Part shown: one piece after another, positions 36,201 to 45,804 of the stretch
Layout of the letters: every line of letters begins with the position of its first letter
Position numbering within the stretch: position 1 is the first letter of the stretch
Origin: Rhizaria sp. SCN 62-66
Lineage: Eukaryota
NCBI GenBank assembly: GCA_001724265.1
Contig: MEDY01000288.1
Coordinates: forward strand, 1-53,428
Length of the DNA stretch: 53,428 bases
Direction of reading: 5' to 3'
The notes under the pieces: model-generated
What the model was told of the DNA's origin: nothing
The model's database searches: none
Seen by the model: the letters and a program-made list of their open reading frames with translations, nothing else
Position numbers and translations under genes: made by a program

Positions 36201-37265
36201 TGCGTCCTCCTCCTTGGACCACACGAGCCCGCCGAAGGGGACGCCTGCGTACACGCGCCCGTGCGCCGCGTCAAGTGGGATGGAGCAGAGCACGCCGCGG
36301 CGCGTGAGGACGTCGAGCCAGTACGCGCGGTTGCCCGCGGGCGCGAGGTTCGGGCCTGGCGGCGCGGGGGCCGGCGCGGCGCCGCCGGGGGCCAACGCGG
36401 ACCGCTTCTCCGAAGTGCGAATCACGGCGAGAAGGCGGCCCGAAGGGGACGGCGTGGAGGAGACCACGCCCGCGGCGGTGACCTCGGTCGGGTACGACAG
36501 CGGCTCGAATGTGGGGACGGTGAGATCGCCAGCTACAGAGTTGGGGTCGAAGATGTGGGTCTGCGTCCACTTGCGGAAGGTGTCGACAGCGAGGTCGCGC
36601 TGCGAGAGAGCAGTGGTAACGCGGTCGCGCGACTGCGGGGAGGTGAACAAGGCCGAGGCGAGCACGGGGAAGCTCGCGAAGTCGCGGTAGAAAGAAGCGA
36701 TCTGCTTCTTGTAGCTCAGCGGCAGCGGCGCGGGGGGCGCCGAGGGACGCGCAGCGGCGGCCGCAGCGGCGGAGGCGGCCGCCGGAGAACCAATGGTCGA
36801 GGAGTACATCACGGAAGCGGGCGAAGACGCGGTGGCAAAGTCACGGCGGCTAAAGAGGCTCGCTTTGTGAGCTACCAAGATAGCAGTCGAGGAGTTGTGT
36901 GGCAGAGCGGTGGCAAAGCAACGCGAGGAGATAAGAGAGCGTGATGAGGATGTGGAACAAAAAGAGATAGAACGGCGAGTGCCTGTGAAAAAACTCTGAG
37001 CGACGGTTGTGCTGCTCTGTGCGTCTTGATAGCAAGGTGCAACCACAAAGGACGACGAAGAGAACGAATACGATGACGAAGCAACAGACTCACGGCCACT
37101 AGAGCAAGCAGAATGCTTGGTAGCAGGGCTCAAAGAGAACTGTAGAGTCGTAAGCCTTGTGCAAAGACGTGTCGTCGCGAGAGCGCTTTGCGTGGAGGTG
37201 TTAACTAGGGTGGGAAAGCGACGAGAGTAGGCGACGAGGACAGAGCCAAGGGGCCGACGAAGCAT
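33234..37265 (-). CDS. APEH: Acylaminoacyl-peptide hydrolase (prolyl oligopeptidase clan, S9C), 1343 aa, intronless
   Basis: Motifs: PHGGPHS, PNFRGSVGFGQ, LPG.CGEVDVDD, nucleophile GGSHGG, ARNAVINL...TTSDIMDW, SP, triad Asp in DRRVP and His in QHGL. N-terminal SPSGRLLAV, HGRVY...FGGLVWS..E..VAYAAE and DWGEQ are typical of APEH. Confidence 0.92.
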   Translation of the reverse strand: MLRRPLGSVLVAYSRRFPTLVNTSTQSALATTRLCTRLTTLQFSLSPATKHSACSSGRESVASSSYSFSSSSFVVAPCYQDAQSSTTVAQSFFTGTRRSISFCSTSSSRSLISSRCFATALPHNSSTAILVAHKASLFSRRDFATASSPASVMYSSTIGSPAAASAAAAAAARPSAPPAPLPLSYKKQIASFYRDFASFPVLASALFTSPQSRDRVTTALSQRDLAVDTFRKWTQTHIFDPNSVAGDLTVPTFEPLSYPTEVTAAGVVSSTPSPSGRLLAVIRTSEKRSALAPGGAAPAPAPPGPNLAPAGNRAYWLDVLTRRGVLCSIPLDAAHGRVYAGVPFGGLVWSKEEDAVAYAAEPHPPARRSLFDGVGHGPEAKPAPAHLAASAADGNGNGSGDGKDSGSAATAMAEAEADALAGTGSDYCADWGEQLTTIVSPALYMVDIAARCVVKVPGVPPASLLSAANPVWTYPNSAPGSSDSEQTATATGTEAVARGLTFIGYPVTPRRFGLIYYNSRPSQAYFVPVPPVGHIAALALKPASSSKKDGNTDASATAKTETTAASAGITAVCLTPHNATVNALSFAHDFSVLAYTTSSLSGDDAPFHCTTSALCAIDWPRSLSSLLPSPSERERAVVAAPPVGPTQAGSWFPALAPAANLPNSAANDSCVNASVARALIPIPTAISAAAAAAAAPFPVPAPVALRDSEFPGLYPGAWDPESPTLWAAPGVVAMDTMWRSAQTLIFVDTQCGGSKSESKTPRARMTRLSFDAASLPAGFTVTDAALRSQLNTRGSASFVAAESAPSVTVCDVIPATTNDAPASSSSSSSSNVASLLLSLSLPHRTPVLFRLTLTAAQLRSATDKAAAAAAASASGSVSVSGADAEGYYTCPVGSVVTNGADAAATSVPHVEVTMGALVAAGARWERVTVSSLEAAALAVAEGGLSETAALAPTVAALSDSNSSSSSVFYSPSLSRPLPVAAAVAAHLAGAPPRVAVPDTEAWAAVVAATASVTLQVPHKHACNRAYPGVVGAVTAATAAAAGDDAQPHFEALLSVHPGRFAAAAATLNGGSNSKTEKTESVSASAPPCRGIVLFPHGGPHSAFTTGYDFATTFLAALGLAVVRPNFRGSVGFGQDSLTALPGACGEVDVDDCVAAYDSACDYLDATLLQQQQNNDSSGSSSKARSLPVFLFGGSHGGYLVTHLAGQFPGKFAAVVARNAVINLTYTVTTSDIMDWCFTEGGVRFDPRYTLTAPDIQRLWEVSPLAHAAAYVTPTMLAVGTSDRRVPPEQSVDLFKLLQAKGVPSRLVVYQGAQHGLNDKPLIHADSMVSAALWFAQFGAATTR

Positions 37266-37594
37266 CAGATATCCGCCTCACACACGCGCGCAGGGCTGAA
37301 TCAGATAACAGACAATGAAGTACAAGCAAATGTTCAATACGATAGAATGGCTTGATATTGTGAGAACGGTGTTTATGATTGTGAAATAGCGAGGCAAACC
37401 GAACTCAACCTGCTTGCTCGGCGCCGACCAGTCGCCGCTCGAGCAGCGACTGGGTCGGTCATGTTGCGTCACAAAAAACAGTACGCCGTGATGCATATAC
37501 AACGTCAACGCCTTGTAGTTTAACAATATAATACTTTGCAGACAGTTTCTCACTTGTTTCCTTTTTTTTTATTGCTCATGACCTCGTCGCAGCT
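37266..37594. promoter_or_regulatory. Probable bidirectional promoter between APEH and the IF2-like gene
   Basis: 329 bp between divergent ATGs; inferred from geometry only. Confidence 0.5.
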
Positions 37595-40500
37595 ATGTTC
37601 CGCAAGCTCGGCGCCGCCGTTCTGCGGAACCCCGGCCCGCGCGCAGCCGCCCACGCTGCCGCCTCTGTCTGCACCGCGCCCGCTTCTGTCGCGAATGCAA
37701 GCGCGCCCACAATGCTCCCCGCTTTACATCCTGCTCTTAGCACTGCGAGCGGCTGCTCCCCCTACAGCACCACTGCCGCAGCAGCCACCTCCAGCAGCCA
37801 CTCTGCAGTCTACCCCAGCTACCCCTCCGCCTCTGTGACCGCAGCCGCGACCGCGACGACTGCGAGTGCCGCTGCAATGAGCCTCGGCGCTGCGCCGGCC
37901 CGCTCCTTCTTTACAACGACCTCTGCAGCTACCCTCGGCCCCCACCGCGCTGCAGCCGGTTTGACTGCCACTGCCACTGCGACTGCAGCAACGGCAGTCT
38001 CTGTCTCGTCCCTGCTCGCGTCGCCGCCTCGCTCCGCCGTTGTCTCCGTGCCGTCTCGCGGCTACGGCGACGACTACACGACCCGCGAGCGCCGCCGTCT
38101 CCGCGCGCAGAAGAGCGGCGCGCTCATCTCGATTCCCGCGTACGTGACGGCGCGCGACCTCGCGTTCCGGCTTCACATCACGCTGATGCAGCTGCATAAG
38201 GCGGGCGCCGCGCTCTACCCCTGGTGGCCGCGCGCCAGCGAGCGCCAGCTCAAGAAGGACGGCTTTTCCATGCTTAAGGACCTCATCCTGCGCTTCGACG
38301 AGTGCGCAGAGTTCACCCGGCGGCTGGGATACAAGGCCGTGTACGAGCACACGGGGATCTGGCGCATCCGCAACGAGCATTACCAGGCGCTGCTGCGCGG
38401 CCGCCGGCCCGTCTCGGCCGCCCGCAGCGGCGCGCGCGGCGAGCAGCTCTCCTCGCGCGGGGCCGGCGCAGCCGCGGTTGCCGAGGAGGAGCGCCCGGTG
38501 CGGATCCAGCCTAAGCAGCCCGTGGTGTGCATCGTGGGTCACGTGGACCACGGCAAGACGACGCTGCTCGACACGCTGCGCGGGACCTCGATTGCGGCCG
38601 CCGAGGACGCCGGCATCACGCAGGACCTGTACTCGCACCAGGCGCCGGTCGGCGACGAGATCGTCGCGCTCTGGGGCGCGGGCGCGGACCTCAACTCGCA
38701 GTCGCTCGCGCGGCCGGCCAACACGGACCGACGCGTGGCGGCCGCGATGGACGGCTACAGCGACGCGGGCCTGCTCTCGGTGTACCGCAACGTGACCTTT
38801 CTCGACACCCCCGGCCACGCGTCCTTCTTCGACATGCGCGAAAACGCGGTGCTGTTTTGCGACCTCGTGCTGCTCGTAGTCTCCGCGGTCGACGGCGTGT
38901 GCAACCAAACGCTCGAGTCGATCAGCTACGTCAAGGAGTTCAAAACGCCTGTGCTGGTGGTGCTCACCAAGGTCGATCTGCCTGAGGCCAACGTCAACCG
39001 CGTCGTCAAGCAGCTCAAGGACGCCGGGCTGGCCGTGACGCCCCACAGCGAGGACAAGGCCTGGGCGCGGATCGTGCCCGACCCGGAGGCTGCCGCGGCC
39101 GCCGTCCGCACTAACAACAGCGCCAACGCCAGCGCCAGTGCCGCGAACAGTCCTGCTGCTGCTAAGAAGGGCAAGGGCCGGTCGTCTCTCCTGGGTCCCA
39201 CCGCCTCTAGTTCTAGCAGCAGCAACAGTGCTAACGGTGGCGCTAGCGAGTTGCTGACTGCGGTGCAGACCGTGCCCTACGTCGCCGTCTCGGCCCTCGA
39301 GGGCCTCAACATGGCCTCGCTGCGCGCGTCGCTGCTTAAGACGTTCATGACCGTGCGGCCCTCGTGCGACATCCTTGCGCCGCCCGTCGGACTCGTGCTG
39401 GAAGGCAAGAACGAGAGCGGCGGCCGCGGGCGCGTGCTGCGCGTGCTGCTCTACTCGGGCCTGCTCGAGCGCGGAAACCCCTTTGTGTCGGGCATTCTGC
39501 ACGGCAGCGTGCGTGACATCCGCGCCCACGGCGAGCCCGAGCTCCACTTCAGCAACAACGACCCACACAACACTACTGAGAACCTAGACGACAACTCTGA
39601 AGCCGTGTCGACCGAGACCACTAACGTTGTCGCAGACGCTTACGCGAACGCTGAGGACGCCTTGGCCGCGGCGACAGCCGCCCGCGCCGCGGCCCTGGCG
39701 TCCAAGTCCGCCGTCCCAACTGACCCGCGCGCGGCTGCCCTGCGCGCGGCCGCCGGCGCCGCGCCCCGCGCCGTGCCGGCCAACGTCGTGACCCCGCCGG
39801 CGCGGCTGGACTCGCCCGAGGCCGCTCGCCGCGCCGCGCGGCCCTGGACCCGCTCGCGGCTGGGCACGCAGCTTGCCGTCGGCGTGCCCGGCGTCCCGCT
39901 CGAGGTCACTGGCTGCAGCGTGCTGCCCCACGCCGGCGACGACTTCCGCGTGTGCCTCGACTCTGCGCTGGCGCGGGCCGTGGCCGACGCGCGCCGCCTC
40001 GAGGCCGAGTACGCCGACCAGTCGCGCTTTGCGCTCGGCGGCGCGGTGCCGAAGAAGTGGGTCCCGCCCGGGGAGGGCGACTTCGTGTCGCAGGGCGTCT
40101 GGGAGGACTGGGTCGAGGAGCACCGGCCGCTCTCGCTGCCGTCAGGCGCCGCGGACGCCGCTGCGGGCAGCGCGCAGTCGGGCGACGCCGCGCGCGGCAG
40201 TGTGATGAATCGCGTGATGGTCAAGTCGGGCGCGAGGAACTTCGACTCGGACGACGAAGAGGCGGTGGCGGCGGCCGTTGCTGTGGGCGGCTCCAAGCAC
40301 GCCACACGGGGCACCGGCCGCTCGCTCAACGGCAGCGACAGCGGCAAAGCGGGCTCTAAGGAGCTCAGCACTGACGCGGAGAACGGCAACGACGAGCTCG
40401 ACTACGACGACGACGTCGACGAAGAGTTCGACGCCGAGGCCGAGGCCGACGACGATGTCGGCGCCGAGGACGAGGAAGACGGCAGCGACGGTGGCTACTC

Positions 40501-42076
40501 CAGCTCCGAGAGCGAGCTCGGCAGCGCGCTGCCCAAGTGGGATATCACCTACGGCAAGGCCCCTGTGGCTGGCGCGCGCTACGTGATTATCAAGGCAGGC
40601 ACCGCGGGCGGGCTGCGCATGGCGATCGACTCGATCGCGGCGCACAACGACGCCTTCCCGGACCGGCCCGTGTCGGTCTTCTACTCGGGCGTGGGGCCTG
40701 TGACCGAGAAGGACCTCAAGGCCGCGACGGCCGCGGCGGACGCCGACGGCGTCGACTGCCCCATCCTCGTCTTCCGCGCGCCGACCGCCAACTCGCACGT
40801 AAAGAAGCTGGTCAAGCGCTACGGCGTTGAGGTGACTCACCACAGCGTCTTCGACGAGCTGCTGACCGCGATCGTGGGGCCGGAGGCCTTCGACGCGCTG
40901 TTCGCGGACCAGAACAAGACGGTTCGCCTGCGCGACGTCGGCAGCGACTTCGTCAACGGCGTCGCCACCAACACCGCCGCGAGCGGCACCGACTCTAGCT
41001 CGAGTGTGGGCGCGAGCGGCAGCGCGAGTGCGAGTGCGGTTGGAGCGATCACGTTGGCCGAGGGCGCGGTGCCGCTGGTGCCCGGCGGCAAGGGCGGTAG
41101 CGGGTTTCCGCTCACTCTGCGCTCGCAGACGCCAGAGGGCGCGCTCAAAGACGCCGCGCGCGCCGCACACGCCGCGCGCAGGGCCAAGGCCGAGGCCGAG
41201 GCGGTGGCGGCGGCGGAGCGGGCCGCCCGCGCCGCCGCGCGCAAGGCTGCACTATCCGCTGCCTCGAGCTCGGGCTCAGGGTCCAGTCTTGGCCTCAGCA
41301 GTTTTGGCAGCAGCAGCGGCGCCGGCGCTGCGGGCGAGAGCGTGTCGTCGCGGGCGGCTGCGACGCTGTTGTCACAGCTGCAGCAGCAGAAGCAGACGCA
41401 GCAGCGCGCGTCCCTCGGCCTCGCCAACCTCACCAATCCGAACGCAAACGCGGTCGCGGCTGCGAGCAGCGCTGCCGGTGCGAGTGCTGGTGCGGGCAAT
41501 AGTAAGAAGACAGGGGGCCTGTCGCCGGCGATGCTCGCGATGGCCAAGGCGGCCGGCATGAGCCACGCCGAGGTCACCAAGATCCTCCAGGCCGCCGACA
41601 ACTCTGGCACTGGCGCTGGTACTAGTGACGGGTTCTACGCCCGGCAGGCCAGGGCTGCAAGTGTGACGCTGCCGGTGGCCAGCGCCAGGGGTCTGCCCAC
41701 CTCTAGCACGAACGACGACACTGACGCGAAGAGCAGCACGATCGTGAGCGAGAATGCTTCTGTAGCCGCGTCTGCACGGTCGCCGCTGCAGTCTCAGCCG
41801 AAGCTGGGTCTCGCCCCGACGCTGGCTCCTGCTCAGGGCTTGGCCCAGGGCCCGAAGCGCCGGTCTCTGTTTGGCGGTATCAAGCTGGCCAACGAGTTCA
41901 GCGCCTCCACCCCCGCTGCCGACACAGTGAGCAGTCTCAATGGCACCATCAGCGCGATCGATGACAGCAACAGCGGCAGCAACAGCGCTGATGTCCAGAG
42001 CGCGGACGCGGGTGCGCGCGGCCCGCAGAGGCCCGGACGGATGAACTTGAAGAAGCTCATGGGGGACGCTCAGTAA
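37595..42076 (+). CDS. Organellar (probably mitochondrial) translation initiation factor IF2-like GTPase, 1493 aa, intronless
   Basis: Arg/Ala/Ser-rich presequence and an IF2_N-like ISIPAYVTARDLAFRL. G-domain motifs: PVVCIVGHVDHGKTTLLD, AGITQ, TFLDTPGHASF..MR, TKVD, VSAL.G. Domain II: GLVLE....GRG, G.L..G, PG.P.EVTG...LP.AGD. Domain III: IIKA...G, SGVGPVTEKD. Confidence 0.88.
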   Translation: MFRKLGAAVLRNPGPRAAAHAAASVCTAPASVANASAPTMLPALHPALSTASGCSPYSTTAAAATSSSHSAVYPSYPSASVTAAATATTASAAAMSLGAAPARSFFTTTSAATLGPHRAAAGLTATATATAATAVSVSSLLASPPRSAVVSVPSRGYGDDYTTRERRRLRAQKSGALISIPAYVTARDLAFRLHITLMQLHKAGAALYPWWPRASERQLKKDGFSMLKDLILRFDECAEFTRRLGYKAVYEHTGIWRIRNEHYQALLRGRRPVSAARSGARGEQLSSRGAGAAAVAEEERPVRIQPKQPVVCIVGHVDHGKTTLLDTLRGTSIAAAEDAGITQDLYSHQAPVGDEIVALWGAGADLNSQSLARPANTDRRVAAAMDGYSDAGLLSVYRNVTFLDTPGHASFFDMRENAVLFCDLVLLVVSAVDGVCNQTLESISYVKEFKTPVLVVLTKVDLPEANVNRVVKQLKDAGLAVTPHSEDKAWARIVPDPEAAAAAVRTNNSANASASAANSPAAAKKGKGRSSLLGPTASSSSSSNSANGGASELLTAVQTVPYVAVSALEGLNMASLRASLLKTFMTVRPSCDILAPPVGLVLEGKNESGGRGRVLRVLLYSGLLERGNPFVSGILHGSVRDIRAHGEPELHFSNNDPHNTTENLDDNSEAVSTETTNVVADAYANAEDALAAATAARAAALASKSAVPTDPRAAALRAAAGAAPRAVPANVVTPPARLDSPEAARRAARPWTRSRLGTQLAVGVPGVPLEVTGCSVLPHAGDDFRVCLDSALARAVADARRLEAEYADQSRFALGGAVPKKWVPPGEGDFVSQGVWEDWVEEHRPLSLPSGAADAAAGSAQSGDAARGSVMNRVMVKSGARNFDSDDEEAVAAAVAVGGSKHATRGTGRSLNGSDSGKAGSKELSTDAENGNDELDYDDDVDEEFDAEAEADDDVGAEDEEDGSDGGYSSSESELGSALPKWDITYGKAPVAGARYVIIKAGTAGGLRMAIDSIAAHNDAFPDRPVSVFYSGVGPVTEKDLKAATAAADADGVDCPILVFRAPTANSHVKKLVKRYGVEVTHHSVFDELLTAIVGPEAFDALFADQNKTVRLRDVGSDFVNGVATNTAASGTDSSSSVGASGSASASAVGAITLAEGAVPLVPGGKGGSGFPLTLRSQTPEGALKDAARAAHAARRAKAEAEAVAAAERAARAAARKAALSAASSSGSGSSLGLSSFGSSSGAGAAGESVSSRAAATLLSQLQQQKQTQQRASLGLANLTNPNANAVAAASSAAGASAGAGNSKKTGGLSPAMLAMAKAAGMSHAEVTKILQAADNSGTGAGTSDGFYARQARAASVTLPVASARGLPTSSTNDDTDAKSSTIVSENASVAASARSPLQSQPKLGLAPTLAPAQGLAQGPKRRSLFGGIKLANEFSASTPAADTVSSLNGTISAIDDSNSGSNSADVQSADAGARGPQRPGRMNLKKLMGDAQ

Positions 42077-42435
42077 TCCACGCCTCAACATGAGCGTACA
42101 ATCCATGTTGACCGTGACACGAGCAGTCCCAAATGTTTGATGGCTGACTGTGTTATGTCTACTGTATTCTGTAATGCTACAAAAGCTTATTATTTATTGG
42201 CAAAATACGAAATACACCTTAATTCAATTAACTATACAAGAAAATATTTTGATTTCAACTTAATTATGTATTGTTCACACTGTCATTTGTTAAGTTCATG
42301 GCCAGTTACAGAGTTGCAACTGCAGCACAAATCATACACCTGTGTTTCTCAATCGGAACATCATTCACTGACTCTTCTATATAACACGTGTCATCCCTTT
42401 CTACAAGCGGCTTTCATAGTCTGGTGGAATCGCAC

Positions 42436-43056
42436 TCACTTCTTGTTGTCGTTCGCAGCCGCGGCGGCGGCGGGCGGAGGGGCTGAGGCCGAGGCGGCAG
42501 TCGTGGTGGTGGACAAACCTAGCTCGGGCGGGGCCAGCTTAGCAAAATACTGCGCCGCAAACTCGCGCACATCCATGGGCTTCACAGTAAGGCTGTAATA
42601 AAGCGGTCAGTGAAAGATAACAAATCAAATGCAGAGTGTGAGAGACGAAAGCAGAGGACGAAGAGCAGTAACGGCTACAAGAACAGTCACATCAAACGTG
42701 CAAGCTAGTGCAACACAAGCACGGAGAAAGAGTATGAGTGATATGTGCAAAACGTACCAAGCGGCAACAAAGTCGTTGACGAGATGGCCCAGCTCGGGGG
42801 TCGAAGCAAGGTAGTAGTCAAGCTCCTCCTTCTTGGTCGCCTGAGAGACAACAACGAAGGATGGAGCGAGGTGAAAAAGTGGTGGAACGAATCACAAAAC
42901 AAATAAGTTAAGAATAGTGAGCCAAGAATGCGTATGTCAAATGCTGATTAAACGCTTTGGAACTCAAAGTATGGCATAAAAGCGCGGTGGTAAAGGACGA
43001 ACCTTGGCTTTGTCGTAGTTGGCGAGAGTCTCGCGGGTGATTGGTGTGTCGGCCAT
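42436..43056 (-). CDS. Small RIIa dimerisation/docking-domain protein (RIIAD1-like), 3 exons, 97 aa; missed by ORF track
   Basis: Exons 43056-43003, 42840-42758 and 42592-42436 splice in frame to MADTPITRETLANYDKAKATKKEELDYYLASTPELGHLVNDFVAACLTVKPMDVREFAAQYFAK...NDNKK*. This matches the YL..HPE...L...F....L..RP..I.EFAA.YF pattern. Confidence 0.8.
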
Positions 43057-43539
43057 GAGAGCCTCTACGAAGGAGTGAGAATAGCGTGATGTGATCATAA
43101 TCATGGGTTTTTAAAAACAAAAATATGATAATAACGCAGTTTAAGTATATTGGCTAAATTATTCGTCGTAAAAACGAGCGCATCCCCTCCTTTTCACTTC
43201 CGCAATTCGCCGCTTATCGACTGCCTAAACCCTGTAACATGCTCTACACACTGCACTCCACTTTCCTTGCTCGCGAGCTCCACAATGACTCGACAACCCG
43301 ATTTTGGAGTGATTAATGTTACAACACTGATTTTTAATACTATTCTCACTCTTAATTGTTCGTAACACTTCTAAAATCTTGCTCTGCACTCTTATCTCCG
43401 CTTGTCCGTAACTGCCCGTGGTCATTTCTCAATTTCGTCAACACTCTCCGTGCCTTCGCCCACGTCACCGGCTTGACCCTTGGGCCTTTTTCTTTGCCAC
43501 GCTAACGTGCCCTGCCTTATTGCGCAGTACAGCACACAC

Positions 43540-44628
43540 ATGGCGAAGCCTGCCTCGAGCAAGGTCGCCTCCACGGCGTCGTCAACGGACCTGGACCTGT
43601 CGACCTGGTCCGGCTGGTTTCAATCCTTCCTCTCGGACAACCCTGACAAGCGCGCGGGTGAGCTCTTCTTCTGCAAGTGGATTGCCGTCTGGCTTGTCTA
43701 CTTTGGTGGCATTGTTGTTACCAAGGCCTACGAGACCTTCGACGCCATGTCCTACATGAAGGTCGGGCTGCTCAGCGTGCTGCCGCCTATCCTCATCCCG
43801 CTCTTCTTCCCCAAGCTGTCCGGCGAGGCGCACCTGCATTGGGCGCAGCGCTTCACTACCAAGGCCAACATCTGGATTTTTGTCTTCTCCTGGGTCGGCA
43901 ACTACTTCTGGACGCACTACTTCTACAAGGTGCTCGGCACCACCTACACGATGCCCTCACACGATGTCAACGGCGTGCCGCTCGCGCTCTACTTCATCAC
44001 GCACACCTACTTCCTGCTCTACCACGTCGCGTCCTCAGCCGCCCTCCGCGCGCTCTGGCGCAAGCTTGCGCGCGCCCCGAACCCGCTTTCCCCGCGCGCG
44101 CAGGTCATCCTCGTGTCGGTGGTGATCGTCGTTATGTGCTACACGACCGCGGTGATGGAGGTCGCGACCATCGCGTCCTTCCCGTACTACTCCTACCCGG
44201 ACACCAAGGCCATGTTCATCGTCGGCAGCGGCTTCTACGGCATCTACTTCCTTACCAGCTTCCCCATGTTCCTGCGCATGGACGAGTACGCTAAGAGCAA
44301 CGCCGCCGCGGCCCCCCATGACGACCTCGCCTCGCGCGCGGCCAAGCTCTTCACGCCCCTGGAGGCGCTCAGGGATGTGCTCGTGCACTGCATGGCCACC
44401 ACGATGGCGCTTGACCTCTGGCGCATCACCATCGGTACGTCTCGCCTCGCGCTAAAACACGGAGCAACTTGAAAATCACTCTTCTGTAAGAGACCTTTTG
44501 TCGCTACTACTGCTGCTTTAAGACTTATTGCTCACCTGAACTTGTGTTTCTTTTTTCTTTCTTTTTGTTCGTGATATATAGGCCAAATCCATGGTGGCAA
44601 CGCTGGTGATGTCTCTTGGATCTTTTAA
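43540..44628 (+). CDS. CPI1: Cycloeucalenol cycloisomerase (cyclopropyl sterol isomerase), 2 coding exons, 313 aa
   Basis: Exons 43540-44434 and 44582-44628. NPDKRAGELFF, KANIWIFVFSWVGNYFWTHYFYKVLG, FPYY, VGS.FYGIYF..SFPMFLRMDE and LDLWR match plant CPI1 motifs. A branch point (GCTAAC 43501) and AG at 43527 suggest an extra 5'UTR intron. Confidence 0.93.
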
Positions 44629-45804
44629 ATGACGCTCAGCTGAGTGCATAATCAGCTCTTCTTCTAATGAATGGTGACACCGCAATGTGAATCGTGACTA
44701 GGAGTTCATACTACGATGCTATGATTTTTCTTACGGTGTAAAATGTTTCCAAATGATTATTTAGACTGTGATAGAATGGGAAAACCAGGAAACTTTCACT
44801 TAATAATTAGAACAATCTCGATTTAGCCTCGACAAACACGGCACAACGGTACAAACACGACCAACGGTGATGCCGATAGATCCACGAGCTCGGTTCGCTT
44901 CTTTGCTTTTAACGGTAACACTACCTCGGATTGAGTTTAATGACGTGCCCAGTGCTTGTGTGATGCTGTGAGTATGCGTGCGTGACCGGAGTGGCTGTGG
45001 CTGTGTTATGAGGTGCACTGTTGTCATTTCCGACACATGGTCGCTATGAAGATTGTACCAGAGGTCGCCCTCTACCCATAAATAGACTCATATAAACAGA
45101 TATACCGAGAACAAGATAAAATGTTACATGAACGCTGCAGTTATATTCATAAATAAAAACTGAGTTCTCCAAACGCTAATACTGGGTGAGATATCATCTA
45201 TTAAAGAGGAGCATTTGAAAAGCAATCAAAGAGCAGGCAATTACGCCAACTTAGTGGGAATATAGTGCATCTCACTGAGTTGAATAGGCTATTTAACTAG
45301 GTTTAACCAATAGTTCAAGATTGATATTTAACAATACTGTGGATAATAATTTTTAAAAAAAATGTTCTAGAGTGCTTGTGAAGCTTTAATGTCCCCACCA
45401 CACACGAAACAGAGCTCTAGCCCACGGTCAGTGACGGGTTCGATCGATGTTGGACGATGGAGGCCCGACGGAGTTCGGATGGCGAGGGCGCCGGCCGGAG
45501 CGAGAGTTAACCGTTATTTGCGGCCGTCAACGCTGCTGCTGTGCGTTAGTAATCGTGGAACTGTAGAAAAATTGCGCAGAAGTATTTCCTTACCTGTTTG
45601 CTTTGCGTAAACACGATCGCGAGACAGTCTTTTTTTCTGCTTTCCGTCGCATTGCTTGCCTTCCGTCTTTCGCTCAGACAGCTCCTCCGCCCGCTCGCCC
45701 GCCTTATCCTTGTTAAATATAACTCACACTCCCGCATGTGTTATCACCTTTCATTCTTGTTGCTCTGCGCGCAGCCCCGAATTGACGGCAATCTTGACGC
45801 AAGA

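Noticed and set aside
38960-38980. TKVD instead of NKxD in the IF2 G4 motif
   Set aside because: TKxD is a known tolerated G4 variant in GTPases and is not evidence of inactivity.
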